Notes: generated from the letters alone by a model not told the origin. Positions 1 through 12,624 are shown, counted from the first letter of the stretch. The stretch: 64,000 bases of DNA from Candidatus Sulfomarinibacteraceae bacterium (GCA_963796455.1 CAWCLO010000002.1:32001-96000), one strand, 5' to 3'. Program-made: numbers and translations.

Positions 1-1826
1 ACGATTTGACGGTCAGGGTGTAGGTGACGATACGGTCGTCCGGGTCGGCGGGGTCGAGGGGAACGACCGGCGTGTCGGCGACCTTTGTGATCGTCATCGC
101 CGGGTCGAGGAAACTCTGCTGAACCGGATAGACCGTATAACCCGTATCGAGTCCGAATCCACCGCCGTAGGCCCACTCGGGATTCTGGCCCCAGGAGACG
201 GCGATCGGTTTGTTGGAGATGATGCGGGTTCCGGTCATATCGAGATCGCCGGTCGGGTCGAGAACCGTGAGGGCCGCCGGGGTGTCGACCACGTAGGTAT
301 TGTTGGCTTGCGGAGCGGTGTCGGCCGTGCCATCGCCGTCGAGATCAACTTGATCAAAGGTCCCGTCGTTGTCGAGATCGAAGTTGACCAGCGTGTTGTC
401 GGCGGTGGCGGCGACAAAGACCGGGTTCGCCAGTTGGCTCGAGGTCGTGATGTCGGCGTTCGCCGGGGCGTGTCCGACGGTGTAGGAGAGCGTCAGGAAT
501 TTTTTGGCCAGCCACGAGTGGCCCCAGTCGCTTCGGGCGGTGTCGTAGTCGTAAGCGGTAACTCCCCAGAAGGTACGATCGGAGGTCATCCGGACCGTCG
601 AATAGGGTGCGATGTCGCGGCCGGGCGCGAGGTCCTGCATCGAGCGCATCGAATTCGCAGGAATATTGACCGAATACGAGCCCGAACTGTCGGTGATGGC
701 GACATCGATGGCGGTCAGCTGGTCGGGATTGAGGATGTAGATATTTGCCGGTCGGTCCTGTGGTGCGCCGCCGGTGGTCGGGCCGGCGGTGGGGTCGTCG
801 CCGGGCGCCGTGGTCACATAATCGGTGGAGTGGAGGATGTCGGGCAGCAGCGCGTAGTTCCGGGTCGCCCAGGTGCCCTCACCACCGGTGAAAATCATCC
901 CGGTGATCGGCGCGGTCGTCGAAACCTTGGTGCCGGCGTTGATCGTCAGCTGCAAAGTCGGGCTGCGAGGTCGCATCGATAAAGCCCATCGAGCTCCAGT
1001 GCTCACCGCGGGCGAGATCGAAGGAAACTGTGCCGGCTCCGGGGCTTTCGACGGTGATCGAGGTGTCCTCGAAGGCCACCAGATCGAGTTCGACGTACTG
1101 AAACGGTTCGGTCACGGTGTTGAGTGCGTACAGGTCCTCGCCGATCGGCACCGAATAGGATCGTGCCGCCTCGACCGCCTGGCGGGAGAGAATTTCGATG
1201 GCGCCGCCGATGTACTGGCTCAGAGGCCACTGATTGTGAATCAATGAGAGCGGGCCACCGGTGGTGAGCACGAGGTCGCCGCCATCAAAACGCACATGGC
1301 TGGAGTTTCTCGCCAACGGCACCGAGCAATTGAGTGCCCCCGGAATGACGGCTGGGTCGCAGCCACCGGTCAATCCCTGGTCGGAAGCGAAGTTCACATA
1401 GTCGCCGGTGCCGAGTAGATCGGTGCCGCAGGCGATGTTGGAGTTGTACGTGCAGACATCGCCGTTGCTGAGATCACCATCGCCGATGACGATCGTCGAG
1501 GTCTGCAACATGGAGGGATCAACGGTCGGAAAGGTGTCGAGTTCGGAGTCGAGTCCATCTTCCCAGTGGTCGTAGAAAATGACCTGATTGGCCGCCGAGA
1601 CGGTGGCTGTGACAACCGAGTTGGTCCCACTCGGGAACTGCGGCCCGCCTTCGGCATTCTGGACCCGGTCCATCATGTCCCACAGATGCTCTTCCCACCC
1701 GAGCACGAAGTATTCCTGGACGCCGGTCGGCACCATCTGTGCGCCGAGATTGGTTGCGAACAATATCGGACCCAACAGCAGGGCGATGCGCAGTATCGAC
1801 CGTTGGTGTCTATCTGTCGCTTTCAT
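1..1826 (-). CDS. Large secreted/surface protein, N-terminal part. It runs off the window edge, is frameshifted, and is a paralog of the gene at 2078-10812
   Basis: Signal-peptide-like start (RIALLLGPILFATNLGAQ). VPTGVQEYFVLGWEEHLWDMMDRV and SYSVPIGEDL..VTEPFQYVEL.LVAFEDT are nearly identical to the upstream paralog. Homology continues across frame changes to position 1. Confidence 0.8.
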
Positions 1827-2077
1827 GACTGTCTCCCCGTGTCTCGCCCGACGTTTCCAGCAACCGGCGGTGCTCGAAGGGCACAGATTGCCGGGTTGAT
1901 CTTCCGGTGGATAGGTGCAAGTCCGGTGCCAGTTTTCTCTCCACTATTGCGAGCGATTCTCGAATTATACGTTCTGAAACGGTACATGTCTGAGGCATGT
2001 AAACATTGTACCCTTAGAGCTTATCTAAACCCACGCTGCCAACACAGATCGGCCGGTGGTGGATAAGTCACCTCGAT

Positions 2078-5000
2078 TCAGGCCCCCGAGGTGGAGATTC
2101 TCAGGTCGCCGGCGCGTCGTCTGCGACCTGGGCCCGACCAACCGATCCTGACTGCGGGGTCTCCTGAGAAGGGCGAAAATCGGACCAAGGACGAATCGAC
2201 GTTTTCATCGGCGGCATAGGACTCCAGGGCGGCACGAATCGAGGCGCCGATGGTCTGCGCTCGACGACTGGCGATGGCCGTCATATGGTGAAACCCAAGT
2301 TGACTGGCGTCTTGGTTCATCGAGAAGGCCGCGGGCGCCCAGACTCCGACCGATCCTCCATTGGGGTTGATCAACAGCGTTTCGGACAGGATGTCGTAGT
2401 CGGGAATGTCGAATCGGCCGACCATGCAGGTCAGCGCCGCCAGGAATCGAGACTGTTTGCCGCTGTTCATCCCTGCCGCATCCTCATTGGTCAGTAGGCT
2501 GTCGTTTGACAGGAAGTCGAGCGCACCGTGACCGAGAAAGTGAACCAGGACGGCGCCCTCATCCCAGCGCTCAAGGGTTGTTCCCGGGCCCTGGTGCCCC
2601 CCAGTCGATCGGCGAGGATCCTCTCGCGGAGGTATCCCGGTGGTGTCTTGTCGACCATCACCTGGATGTCGATTGGAAACTCACCGCCCTCGTCGGGTTC
2701 ATCGGCGAGCCACAGGGTCCTGGTTCCCACTCTCCGTCATCGGACTCGAAGGCCGCGACTTTTTCCCGATATGCCTGCAATTCGGCCGGGCCGTGTGCCG
2801 GCAGCCGACCAATCGCTATTTCCGGCACACCGTCTTCTCCGGTCCAATCGGCCAGGAGATTGTCGCTTGGGACCAGACCGTCACCGGTCACCGTCATCGG
2901 CGCGGGGATGACGCTATTGCCGGCGCCCCAGATATTGCGGTAGTCGAGGGTGCCGTCCCCGGCGAGAAATACGTGTTGAGGCGCTTCGGCCCAATTCAGT
3001 GCCGCGTAGTGCAGGAAGTCGCGAATTGCCCACGGGCTCACGACACCGCCAGAAAACTCGTCGTAGAAGGCATCAACGGTGCGACGACCGAGCTTGATCC
3101 CTGCGTCTCGCGGTAATCTGCATAGACCTCTGCCTCAGCTTCGAGACCAGGCCCGGCGATGATGATGAATGAACCGCGGCGAGTCCGGTCGATCAGACCC
3201 GCGGCTGTTCCGGCGACAACCAATTCAGGTTCGATCGTCGCAGCCGATGTGGTGGCCACAAATGGGAAGGACTGCCGGCGGTCGAGAATCCGACCGTGTA
3301 CGACCCGCCATCGGAATAGATACGGACCGGGTCGAGCCCCACCGGGTGCAGCGGATCCGAGAGATCGAAGACCGAGATGTCCGATGACGAAAATCCGGAA
3401 ACGAAGACCTCTGGTTGGCCGTGGCTGGACGCCACGAGGCGGTCATCGAGGGCCCGGTAGGAGCGATCGTATTGAAGCTCGAAAGAGTCAAGGTAGTACT
3501 CGTCAAAGTCGAGGCCATCGATCAGCAGCGCGGTGATTTTGATCGTGTTGTCACCATCTGCGAGCAACGCCTCCGGGATATCGAGCGCGAGGCGGTGCGC
3601 GTCGTGGCCGTTCCACGTCTGGCTGCCACCGAGCAAGATGTTGTTGAGCCGCACCTCGGCCACATGGTTGGGTGAGATCTCGCCGATGAATGATCCCTGG
3701 AGATTGACGATCAGGTGTGAGCTGCTGGTTCCGGTCGCAGCGGGAGCGGCAACCGTGAAGCTCTTGCTGACCGACGGTTCGCCGTCGTAGGGGAAGAAGT
3801 AGTCCCACATCCAGAAGTCCGCTTCGGGATCGCTCATGACAGCTGTCAAGGGCCACTGATCTTCTTCGACGACGAGCGCCCTGAAAACTGCCCTCGGTCG
3901 GCGATGCTTCGGTCCACGCCGCCCGGGTGGCCATCAACTGACCGCTTCCGTGGCGGATCCAATAGACGTTGTCATCGGTGTAGATGCTGTCGATGCCCTC
4001 GCCCCAGAACAGAATCCCGTTGTTGTCGATCAAAGGCTGCCAGGCTATACCCTGTGGCGTGTCGGATCCTTCGGCCGAGGGAAGCCATTTCACCGTGTCA
4101 CCGGTCTCGAAATCGTCAAAAAAGATATCGAGGGCTTTGGGTCCCGCGTCGACGCCGGTCTCGATCACCAGGCTGCTGTCGGCAATCCAACTGGAGACCG
4201 TCGCCATCGGTGCCCAATGCCGTCGCCAAGGCCTGGTTCGAGACGGACACCAGACCGGTTTCCCGGACCTTGACCTTGGCCAGACCCGATGGCGCCGGGC
4301 TCGTTTTGATCTGCGGGGCTGATGGGGTGCGGACCGAACTCCGGTTGGGGCTTCGCGATAAACCGGTAGCCGGGACAAAGGCCGCCTTCTCCGCCGAAGC
4401 GTGCTCGCGAATCGTCAGATCGAAGGGGCCGAAGGTGCTGCCGGTGCCCACACGTCCCACTCGTGGAGGATGTACACGACCCGCTCGCCCACCGTGACCT
4501 CTGGGTCCACCAGGCGGTACGTGCCGCCCTGGAGGTGGTGACGCAGACCTGGGATGAGGTTTTCTGTGACATTTTTGTAGTTCTCATCACTTTCCCTCCA
4601 CCGCCACAGGTCGAAACCGATTGTTCCCACCTCGGCTGCGGTCCGCCATTCGACGATCACCTGAGAGCCGACGGCATAAGCATCGAAGTCCGCGAGGACT
4701 GCAGCGGTGGCTGCCGCCACCAGGACGGTTGCGGTGATGCTGTCCTGGTCGCTGGTCGCCTGGGAGACCGCCGTCAAGGTCACCGGGTCGCGAGAGGAAC
4801 CCTGCAGCAGATCGACCGGCCGCTGGAGTTCGTAGGCGATCTCTGAGTCGGCCGCAACAAACACATCGGGTCGGTTGTCGGTATCCGTGTCAAACCCCGG
4901 GGCAATCGTGTCCCAGATCCCGTCACCCTGCGAATCCTCGGCGATCTGGGTGTCGGGGACGCCGTCGGCATCGGTGTCGATGACCAGGAGCGTCGGGTGG

Positions 5001-8000
5001 TCGAGTCCGTCCTGTCCCCAGAACCACGCCTCCGAGATCGAGAAATCGTATATCGATCGCCGCTGTCCTGGAGGCTCTTCAGCGTTCCAGGATAAACCGC
5101 CACAGCACCCGGATCCGCCGGTTGGGTACCGCCGCCGGAGAGATCGAGTTCGACTGGAGGCGAGATGGTGGTGGTATCGGTGGCGCTGGCGTAGATGTAG
5201 ACAGTGCATTCTTCGGTGACCGGGTCACAGACATTGTTGCGCGACACCGCACCGATGTGGAGCACATCCTCGCTGTCGGGGGCGGCAACGGGGAACATCG
5301 ACCACGGCGAAAAAACGTTGCGAGCGCCATCGGCGAGTTGCAGGGTGTTCGTGATCTCGACATCGATCCCAGGGCATAGACGCCGTCGTCGTTGGCGTCC
5401 CAGTAGAAGGCGAAGTCCCACCCGCTCTCGCTCCAACCGTTGAGATCGAAGGTGTCTGTGACGCCGGTGTTGTTGATGATCGTGTGGCTGTAGACCTCGG
5501 TGCCGCCGGCCGAGGCGACGCCGCTGTTGTCGGAAGAACTGCCATGCCGTCGAGATCACCCTGACCCACTACGAAAGTTTCGTCGGTCGCGATTTCGGAA
5601 ACGGTGGCGGTGTGATCGAAACAGCGGTCAGTGTCGTGCTCTCCTGGGCTCCACCGAGTTCCGGCCGGGACCGTCACCCGAATCTCGTACTCGATCAAAG
5701 CGCCCGGTGCCAGCGAGCCGGTGTTGACGGTGATACCACCGTCCCATGTGCCGTCTGTGAAATCGGTATCGGTGGCGATCGTCGCTCCGGAATCCGGATC
5801 GATCAACTCGACCACCCACCCGGCGGCCGGATTGGCAAAACCGAGTTCGCTGAAAGCCGTGACCTGGTAGGAGTCATTCACCAGACCGGAATTGATGACC
5901 TCATGGGCGTAGGTCACCGTCGACGCTGACACGGCGTCGAATTCGACAAAGCCGGCGTTGTTGTACTCGACCACGACGCCGAGCCGGATCACATCGTCGG
6001 TCACCGACGCATCGAGGGGGCCTTCCTGGTCGGTGGTGATCGTGGCTGTGTTTTGAATCTGGGTGATTGCCGGAGCCAGATCGGGGTCGAGGACGACGTC
6101 GAAGGTGACCACGATCGAACCGGTGGGCACGAGCGTCACGCCGTCGCCGGCGTCCACCAGCGCCGTCGGATCGCCGCCTGTGAAGATCGTGGAGGCGGCG
6201 ATGCCCGAAAAATCGATGCCCTGCACCAAGGCTGAAAATCGGCACCCGACCTGCGACGTTCGAGCCGGAATCAGTCGAGGGGTTAAATAGCGCGCCGAAG
6301 AAATCGGGCGGCGGACAATTGTCCGAGGGTGCCATCGGCCTGGCCGTTGGTCGACCAGCGCCATCCGCTGGTGAAATCCGCTCGCCGGCGGATCGACCGT
6401 GAGATTTGCCGCGTCTCCGTCGGCTTTGAAAAGATGTTCCGCCGCCAGCGAGGGGTGAGTCATGGTCCAGACCTCGAAATCGACGGCGGTGCCCGAATTT
6501 CGGTGCCGACCGCGACCAGGGTCTCATTGACTTTCGAGCGGCTCCGTTGCCGAGAGCCATCGATGACGCCTTCTGCCTGGTTGCCGATGCCGTTTCCGTT
6601 GGCGTGGCCGGTGCCCCACACCCAGGTGTTGTCGCGTACAACGGATGAGATGGCTGCGGTGTTGTATTCGCCGGCGGCGTTGAGCCCGTTGCCGCCGTTG
6701 GTGCCCTGGGACCCGGGTTCGCTGTACCGTCCACTCCGATCCCCATTCGACGACCATCACCGGTGCGGTGGCCGCCGTGAGGTTGACGGCGGCGTTGGAG
6801 CCGTCGCGGGTCCAGTTGATCTGGTCCGAACCCGATCGGAAGAGTCGAGCGTGGCAGACGGGATGATCCCGGTCGGTGGTTTCATCCGAAAAGCACCCGG
6901 CGCCGTTGAAGCCTCCCATCAGAAGAACCTGGTTGATGTCACTCCAGGCTGTCGCGGCGGTGTCGTTGCCGCTCTCGGTGGCACCGCCGTGGACGACATC
7001 CTCGACGTCAGCAACTCGAATCCGGCGGTGGTGCAGTCGGCGATGCACTCGACAACCGTGACCACCCCGACCCAGTCATCGGCGCCATCGCTGCGCTGGA
7101 TGCGAAGAACATCGGAGCCCGACGACGCCCCAAGATCGCCGGTGCCAAAGGGGTCCTGAGTCAGCCGGGCATAGTCCGCTTCGGGGTCGCGGTCACCGTT
7201 GGTGCCGCCGTTGCCCGCCGAGCCCTGAACGATGGCGAAATAGTTGGCAGTGAGATTCTGGTCGAAAGTGAGGTCATAGACCGTGCCGCCAAAGACTCCA
7301 GGCGCGATGTAGTACTCGCTGACCCGGAAGACGGGGTTGTTGACCGTGACCTGGGTCGATCCCGCGACGATCGAGGTGCCGGTGGGGAGGGGATCGTCGA
7401 GCAGCGACGGTGGTCTGGTCGATACCGGTGTAATTGGTGGCTTCGATGGTGTAGGTGATGGCGTCCCCGGGGAAGACCTCGCCGCCGGCGCTCGAGGACT
7501 TGAAGAAGGAGAACGGCAGCGGTGTGTAGCCGACTGGGGCCGTCGCCACCGTGCCGCCCGAGATCGCAACCGCGGGTTGCGGATCGTTCGCGGTGCTGAG
7601 AAGCGCTCCATCGGGGAAATCGACATCGTTTTCGTCGACGTCGGCGGTCGCCGCTCCGGCTTCGACGGTCACCGACCAATCGCCGTTGCTGTCGGTGCTG
7701 ACGATCTGTGGGTTGCCCATTGAAATCGACAACCACGACATCGATGTTGGCGAGTCGGGTTCGCCGGCGTCCTGCGTTCCGTTCCCATCGGTGTCGCTGA
7801 AAACGTGACCGGTGAGGACGGCGTCGCCGACGATCGGGACCTGGACCAGATTGGTGTCGCGCGGCGGTGTCTCATCCGAGGTCACGGTCGCCTGGTTGTT
7901 GACGACCAGGCCCTCCGTGCCTGGGTTGACCGTAAGTAAAACCGGAAGGTGATGTCCTGTCCTGCACCGAGGACCGGGATACTCTAATTCGAGCCGGTCG

Positions 8001-10812
8001 ACAAAGGCCGTTCCTTCGTCGGCGTCGGCGGCATCAGTCACCGGGTTGAAGGTACCGACGTTGAGGCCGCCACTCCATCGATTCGGCAAGATAGATGACG
8101 TTGGCCGGGAAGGGGTCGATGATGAGCAGGTTGTTGGCGTCACCGACGCCCGTGTTGCGGACGAGGATTTCAAAGCTCGCGATTTCGTTTGGATGGAGAA
8201 TCGACGGCCCGGTTTTCAACAACTCGAGCCGGGGGCCGTTGACCACCGTCTCGACCTCGTTGGATGTGATGAGGGGTGTCTGGTTGCTTTCGTAATTCGC
8301 GCTGTTGGTGATCGCCGTGCCCGCCGCCGCCCCGGGGTTGACCAGCACCTGAAAAGTCAGAATCACCGGCCCGCCGACCGCGAGGTTCCCTACATTCCAG
8401 ACCACGGCGTTCTGGCCGGGGTCGTAGGCGCCGGGCCCAGGTCCGGTGGGATTGACGCAGGTACCGAGGGCAGGGTGGTTGCATCGCAAAAGATCGTGTC
8501 CGCAGGAATGACATCGGTGATGGTGGCACGGTTTCGGCGGCCACGCCGTTGTTATTCAGTTGAATGGTGTACGTCAGCACGTCTCCCGGGTCGGGCGGTC
8601 GCGAGGTCGACCGACTTGCCGATGGTGATGTCAGTCTGGGTGATATCGGCGGTGTCGAGCGGAGAAAAGACACTGGATCCATAATTGGCTTGGGCATGGG
8701 CCTCGTTGGTCAGGACCCGAGGGGTTCCGCCCGGAGCTGCGGGGATGTTGACCTGGTAACTGATAGTCAATATTTGGTTGGTATCGATCGAGTCAGGGCT
8801 CAGTGCCCAATCGAGACGGCCTGGCGACAGTGCGGGGTCAGTGGTGTCCTGAGCCAGATTGGGATAGGTGATGAGGGTGGAACCAGGCACATAGGCGGTC
8901 TCCGGGACGCCCAACGGCAACAGATCGAAGACCTGGAGGTTGGTCAGAGGCCCGAAATCGAAGGCCGTTACCGTGATGGTATAGGTGACCACGCCACCGG
9001 CGGTCGGGACGACGGAGGTGTCGACTTCCTTGTCGACCACCAGCACCGGATCGAGGAAGAGTTGGTTGGTCGGGTAGACGGTGAAGCCGGTGTCGAGTGC
9101 GACATCGCCGTAGCCGGTGAGATCGGTGTCCTGCCCCCACGCCACCGCCACCGGTTTGTTGGCGATGATCCGGGTGCCGGTGTTGTCGTAATCATTGGGG
9201 TCGAAGACGCGGAGCGAGGCCAGAGAATTGATCGGTGTAGACGTAGTTCGGCGTCGCCATCGCACAAAGGATCGGCGGCCCCGGGTTGATGAGACCATCT
9301 CCGTTGGTGTCGACCGCGTCGAAATCACCGTCGTTGTCGAGGTCGAGCCGGACCAGCGTGTTGTTCTCGGTCGCGGCCATAAACACTCCGTTGAAGATTG
9401 ATCGGGCTGGTTGACGGTGTCTGAGGTTCCCCGGTGCATGAGAAACGGTATAGTCGAGGGTGAGAAATTTTTAGGCCAGCCAGGAGTGCCCCCAATCATT
9501 GGACGTTGGCTGCCGTAGTCGTAGCCGAGACTCCCCAGAAATTGTGGTCCGAGGTGATCCTCACGGTGGAACCCGAGGCGATGTCGCGGGCCGTCGGTAG
9601 ATCCGCATCGAGGCCATCGAGTTGGGCCGGACATTGACGATTCGGTGGCCCGACGCTGTCGGTGGCCGTGATATTGACCGCCGACAGTGGATCAGGGTTG
9701 AATAGATAGATGTTGAGCGGCCTGTTGGCCCCGCTCGGCGGCGGGGTTGTCGCCGGGAGCCGTGATGACGTAGTCGGTGCTGTGGAGGATGTCAGGCAGC
9801 AGGGCGTAGTGACGGGTCGCCCAGGTTCCCTCGCCACCGGTGAAGATCATGCCCGCGATGGTGGAGGTGGTGGAGACCTTGGTGCCCGCGTTGATGGTGA
9901 GGGCCAGGGTTGGTTCGGCGGTCTCGTCGATGGCGCCCATGGAGCTCCAGTGTTCGCCGCGCGACAGATTGAAGCTGACGCTGCCTGCGCCGGGGCTCTC
10001 GACAGTGATGCCGGTGTCTTCGAAGGCAACCAGTTCGAGTTCGACGTATTGAAAAGGCTCTGTAACGGTGCCGTTGATGAAAAGATCCTCACCGATGGGC
10101 ACCGAGTACGAGCGCGCCGCCTCCACCGCCTGTCGCGGCAGGATCTCCGTGGCCCCGCCGATATACTGGGTCATGGGCCACTGGTTGTGAATCAGCGACA
10201 AAGGACCGCCGGTGGTCTTGACCAGGTCACCGCCGTCGTAACGTATTTCGGTGACTGTGCACGGGTCCGCGGCACACCGGCTGTTGAGCGGGACCGAGCA
10301 TTTGTCGGGCTCTCAGGCAAGGAGGCGCAACCAGCTCCGAGGCCCTGGTCGGAGTTGAAGTTCACATAGTCGCCAACCGCCAGGAGATCGGTTCCGCAGG
10401 CGATATTGGCGTTGTAGGTACAAACATCGCCGTTGCCGGGCACACCGTCACCGAGGACCCGGGTCGTGGCCTGGAGCACACCGATGGTGTCGGGAAAATC
10501 GACGAGACCCGTATCGATCCCGTCCTCCCAGTGGTCGTAGTAGAGAACCTGTCCGGTGGCGGATGCGGTTGCCGTCACGACCGAGTTCATACCCGATTGC
10601 AGGGGGCCCGAGCCCTCGGCGTCGACCACGCGATCCATCATGTCCCACATGTGCTGTTCCCAGCCGAGGACGAAATACTCCTGCACACCGGTCGGAACCG
10701 TCTGGGCGGTTGTGAAACCGGCCAGTGCGATGACGACGCAGAGGGCAGCGAAGACCCTGCGCAGGGATACGGGAAATTCAGAGTCGAGAGTCGGTCTTGC
10801 TTGCATCACCAC
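2078..10812 (-). CDS. Giant (about 2,900 aa) secreted protein with DUF11-like repeats, an SdrD/Cna-B-like domain, an FN3-like domain and a C-terminal C25 (gingipain-like) cysteine peptidase; split by many frameshifts
   Basis: Joined from co-linear minus-strand ORF fragments (10192-10812, 9692-10201, 8552-9634, 8034-8489, 7274-8173, 6919-7626, 5225-6463, 4415-5209, 3193-3849, 2658-3041, 2078-2470). Motifs: DUF11-like K.V....PG..VTYTITV.N; GHVFSDTDGNGTQDAGEP; VEWRTAAEVGTIGFDLWR; C25 AIRDFLHYA..W...PQHVFLAGDGTLDY and EIAIGRLPA; catalytic H in FLGHG (about 2525-2540) and C in LTCMVG (2426-2428). Confidence 0.75.
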
Positions 10813-11177
10813 TTCGCCTTTTTGCTGTCTCGTAGACCCATCGCGGTTGTCCGCCCTTCGCCAACAGAAATCGGTTTCCAGGAAAGGGCAACTCGGCCGA
10901 AAAGAGCTGAAGACATCAACGGTTTGTTTCAGGGTGTTCTTTCGAGAGACACCCTCTCCTCTCCATCATAAACGGCAAATCGACCGAATAGCCCGGAAAC
11001 ACAACTATTTGTGCGAACAATTCGATTGTTTTGACATAGCTTTCACCCGTGGAGTCAGAAATGTCCTGAATCGGAAGATCCCGATTCTTGTCAACCCGAT
11101 CGTCCTCTCCGCGTCTGAACGGCGTGCACCAGAGTGATCACTCAGACAGACAACCAGTTTGGAAAGGAGAGAGTCGA

Positions 11178-11669
11178 ATGAAGAGACTTCTGATCGCTGT
11201 TTTCGTGCTTGCGGCCGTCGTGCCGGCCTTCGCCCAACAGGGCCCCGGAGGACCGCCGCCGCGGGGACAGGAACTATCGGACGGACCGCCACCGATCGCC
11301 GAGGCGGCCCACAATGCAGTCGTAAGGTTTCTCCAACTGAGCGAAGAACAGGTGATGGCGTGGGACGAGATCTACTGGATCCACCGCGACGCGGAACAGC
11401 CACTCAAGGAGGAGATCGCCGCCCTCCAGGCCGAGATCGACGCCCTCTTCGAAGCGGGAGATCCCGACCCGACCGAACTCGGGGTGTTGATGATCGAGCG
11501 CCGAGAGCTTGCTGAGGCCTTGATCGATGTTCACGTGGTCTACCACGAGGCATTTGTGGCGCTGCTTGATGACGAGCAGTTGGGCCGCCTCGGGTTCATT
11601 GCCCGGGCCGACCGGGTCGAGAAGATCATTCCCGCCTTCAAGCTCTTCGAGCTGATTCGTAGGCGTTAG
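11178..11669 (+). CDS. Spy/CpxP-family periplasmic helical protein (heavy-metal-resistance-like)
   Basis: AGGAG RBS; signal peptide MKRLLIAVFVLAAVVPAFA; LQLSEEQ and LLDDEQ motifs resemble LTxxQ; followed by a terminator. Confidence 0.7.
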   Translation: MKRLLIAVFVLAAVVPAFAQQGPGGPPPRGQELSDGPPPIAEAAHNAVVRFLQLSEEQVMAWDEIYWIHRDAEQPLKEEIAALQAEIDALFEAGDPDPTELGVLMIERRELAEALIDVHVVYHEAFVALLDDEQLGRLGFIARADRVEKIIPAFKLFELIRRR

Positions 11670-11698
11670 TCGACCTCCCGCCCTCCTGGGGTGTCGTC

Positions 11699-11724
11699 AG
11701 CGGGGCTTCGGCCCCGCTTTTTTT
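11699..11724 (+). terminator. Rho-independent terminator
   Basis: AGCGGGGC-TTCG-GCCCCGCT stem followed by a T-run, 30 bp after the stop codon. Confidence 0.9.
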
Positions 11725-11792
11725 CAAACGAGCGGGTCTGAATTGGGAAACGGAAAATTGGGTTTTGGATTTTCGACCACCCGTCAAATGAG

Positions 11793-11823
11793 AAACCGCA
11801 GATCATCGCAGATGAACGCAGAT
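11793..11823 (+). repeat. Dispersed (CGCAGAT)-unit repeat, copy 1
   Basis: AAACCGCAGATCATCGCAGATGAACGCAGAT; related copies at 31949-31980 (inverted), 53960-53989 and 54007-54023. Confidence 0.75.
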
Positions 11824-11937
11824 AGAGAAACGCAATCGGAATCGGTATCGAAAAGCGAACACGCCGCGTTCCCTTCGATAGTGATGACTCCGTGGGAGCT
11901 GGGAGTTCCCATCCTCGTTTCGCTGCAACGCTTCCGG

Positions 11938-11976
11938 TACGGTTCTCCCTTTCTCCCCTGCTCCCTTTCTCCCTTT
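11938..11976 (-). repeat. Dispersed (GGGAGAAA)n octamer repeat with TACGGTTCTCCCTTT anchor
   Basis: Inverted match to 50608-50648; a related tract lies at about 53845-53885. Confidence 0.7.
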
Positions 11977-12012
11977 CACCTCATCGGGAACGGAAACGGG
12001 ACGGTCGTTCAA

Positions 12013-12135
12013 GATGTCATCCTGAGCGAAGCGCCTTTGGCGCGAAGTCGAAGGATCTGCGGTTCGCGGATCTTCCGGTCCATCTCATAGATCCTTCGAC
12101 TACGCTCCCGGCGGAGCTCCGCTCAGGATGACATC
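12013..12135. repeat. REP-like nested palindrome (GTCATCCTGAGC...GCTCAGGATGAC type)
   Basis: Perfect 16-bp outer inverted repeat at 12013-12028/12120-12135 and 13-bp inner inverted repeat at 12046-12058/12089-12101. Confidence 0.85.
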
Positions 12136-12251
12136 GGGAGGCGACATTCGCTTGAGTGCGAAATCAGTGGGGTGGCTCTCCTTTTTCGCTTGCCCCCTTC
12201 AGGAACGGCAACGGGCTCGGGCTCGGGACCGAAATAGGCATCGACGTCTCG

Positions 12252-12612
12252 ATCCAGCATCCAGCATCACTCTTGTCCAAGACAGAGTCTCGGATTGCGT
12301 TCAGGGGCAGCGGCAGCGAACAGTCACCAGCGGCAGTGTTCAGTCATCAGCGTCGGCGGTCAGTGGCCGGTACTCATTTCTTCGGGACTCCGCCCTTGGT
12401 GGTGCGGCCGTCTCGGCCGCACGTTGGGCAGGCGAGACGCCGACACCACAACGCCTGTTCCCTCTATTGAACGACCCGGAGGTGGTTCCGCCGTCACTGC
12501 ACCTGATTGCTGCCCCTGATCTCTGCCTCTGATCGCTGATCCCTGTCGCTGCCCCTGGACACTGTCGCTGCCGCTGCTGCTGTCCAGGACAAGAATGATC
12601 TTGCATCGAGGA
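12252..12612 (-). mobile_element. Non-autonomous copy A of the four-helix-bundle cassette, with the ORF almost fully deleted
   Basis: 12266-12354 is the reverse complement of 45138-45226 (about 7 mismatches in 89 bp). It keeps the gene's last codons (CCGAAGAAATGA, 12374-12385, minus strand) and the leader arm GAACGACCCGGAGGTGG (12469-12485). Ends are imperfect inverted repeats. Confidence 0.75.
12399..12449. repeat. REP-doublet-like palindrome nested inside cassette copy A
   Basis: GTGGTGCGGCCGTCTCGGCCGCA...GCAGGCGAGACGCCGACACCAC: two imperfect inverted units, each with an internal hairpin. Confidence 0.6.
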
Positions 12613-12624
12613 TTGAGTGTCGGA

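Noticed and set aside
2078..10812. Programmed frameshifting or phase variation
   Set aside because: The frame changes are too many and too scattered, with no consistent slippery or long simple-repeat sites; sequencing error is more parsimonious.
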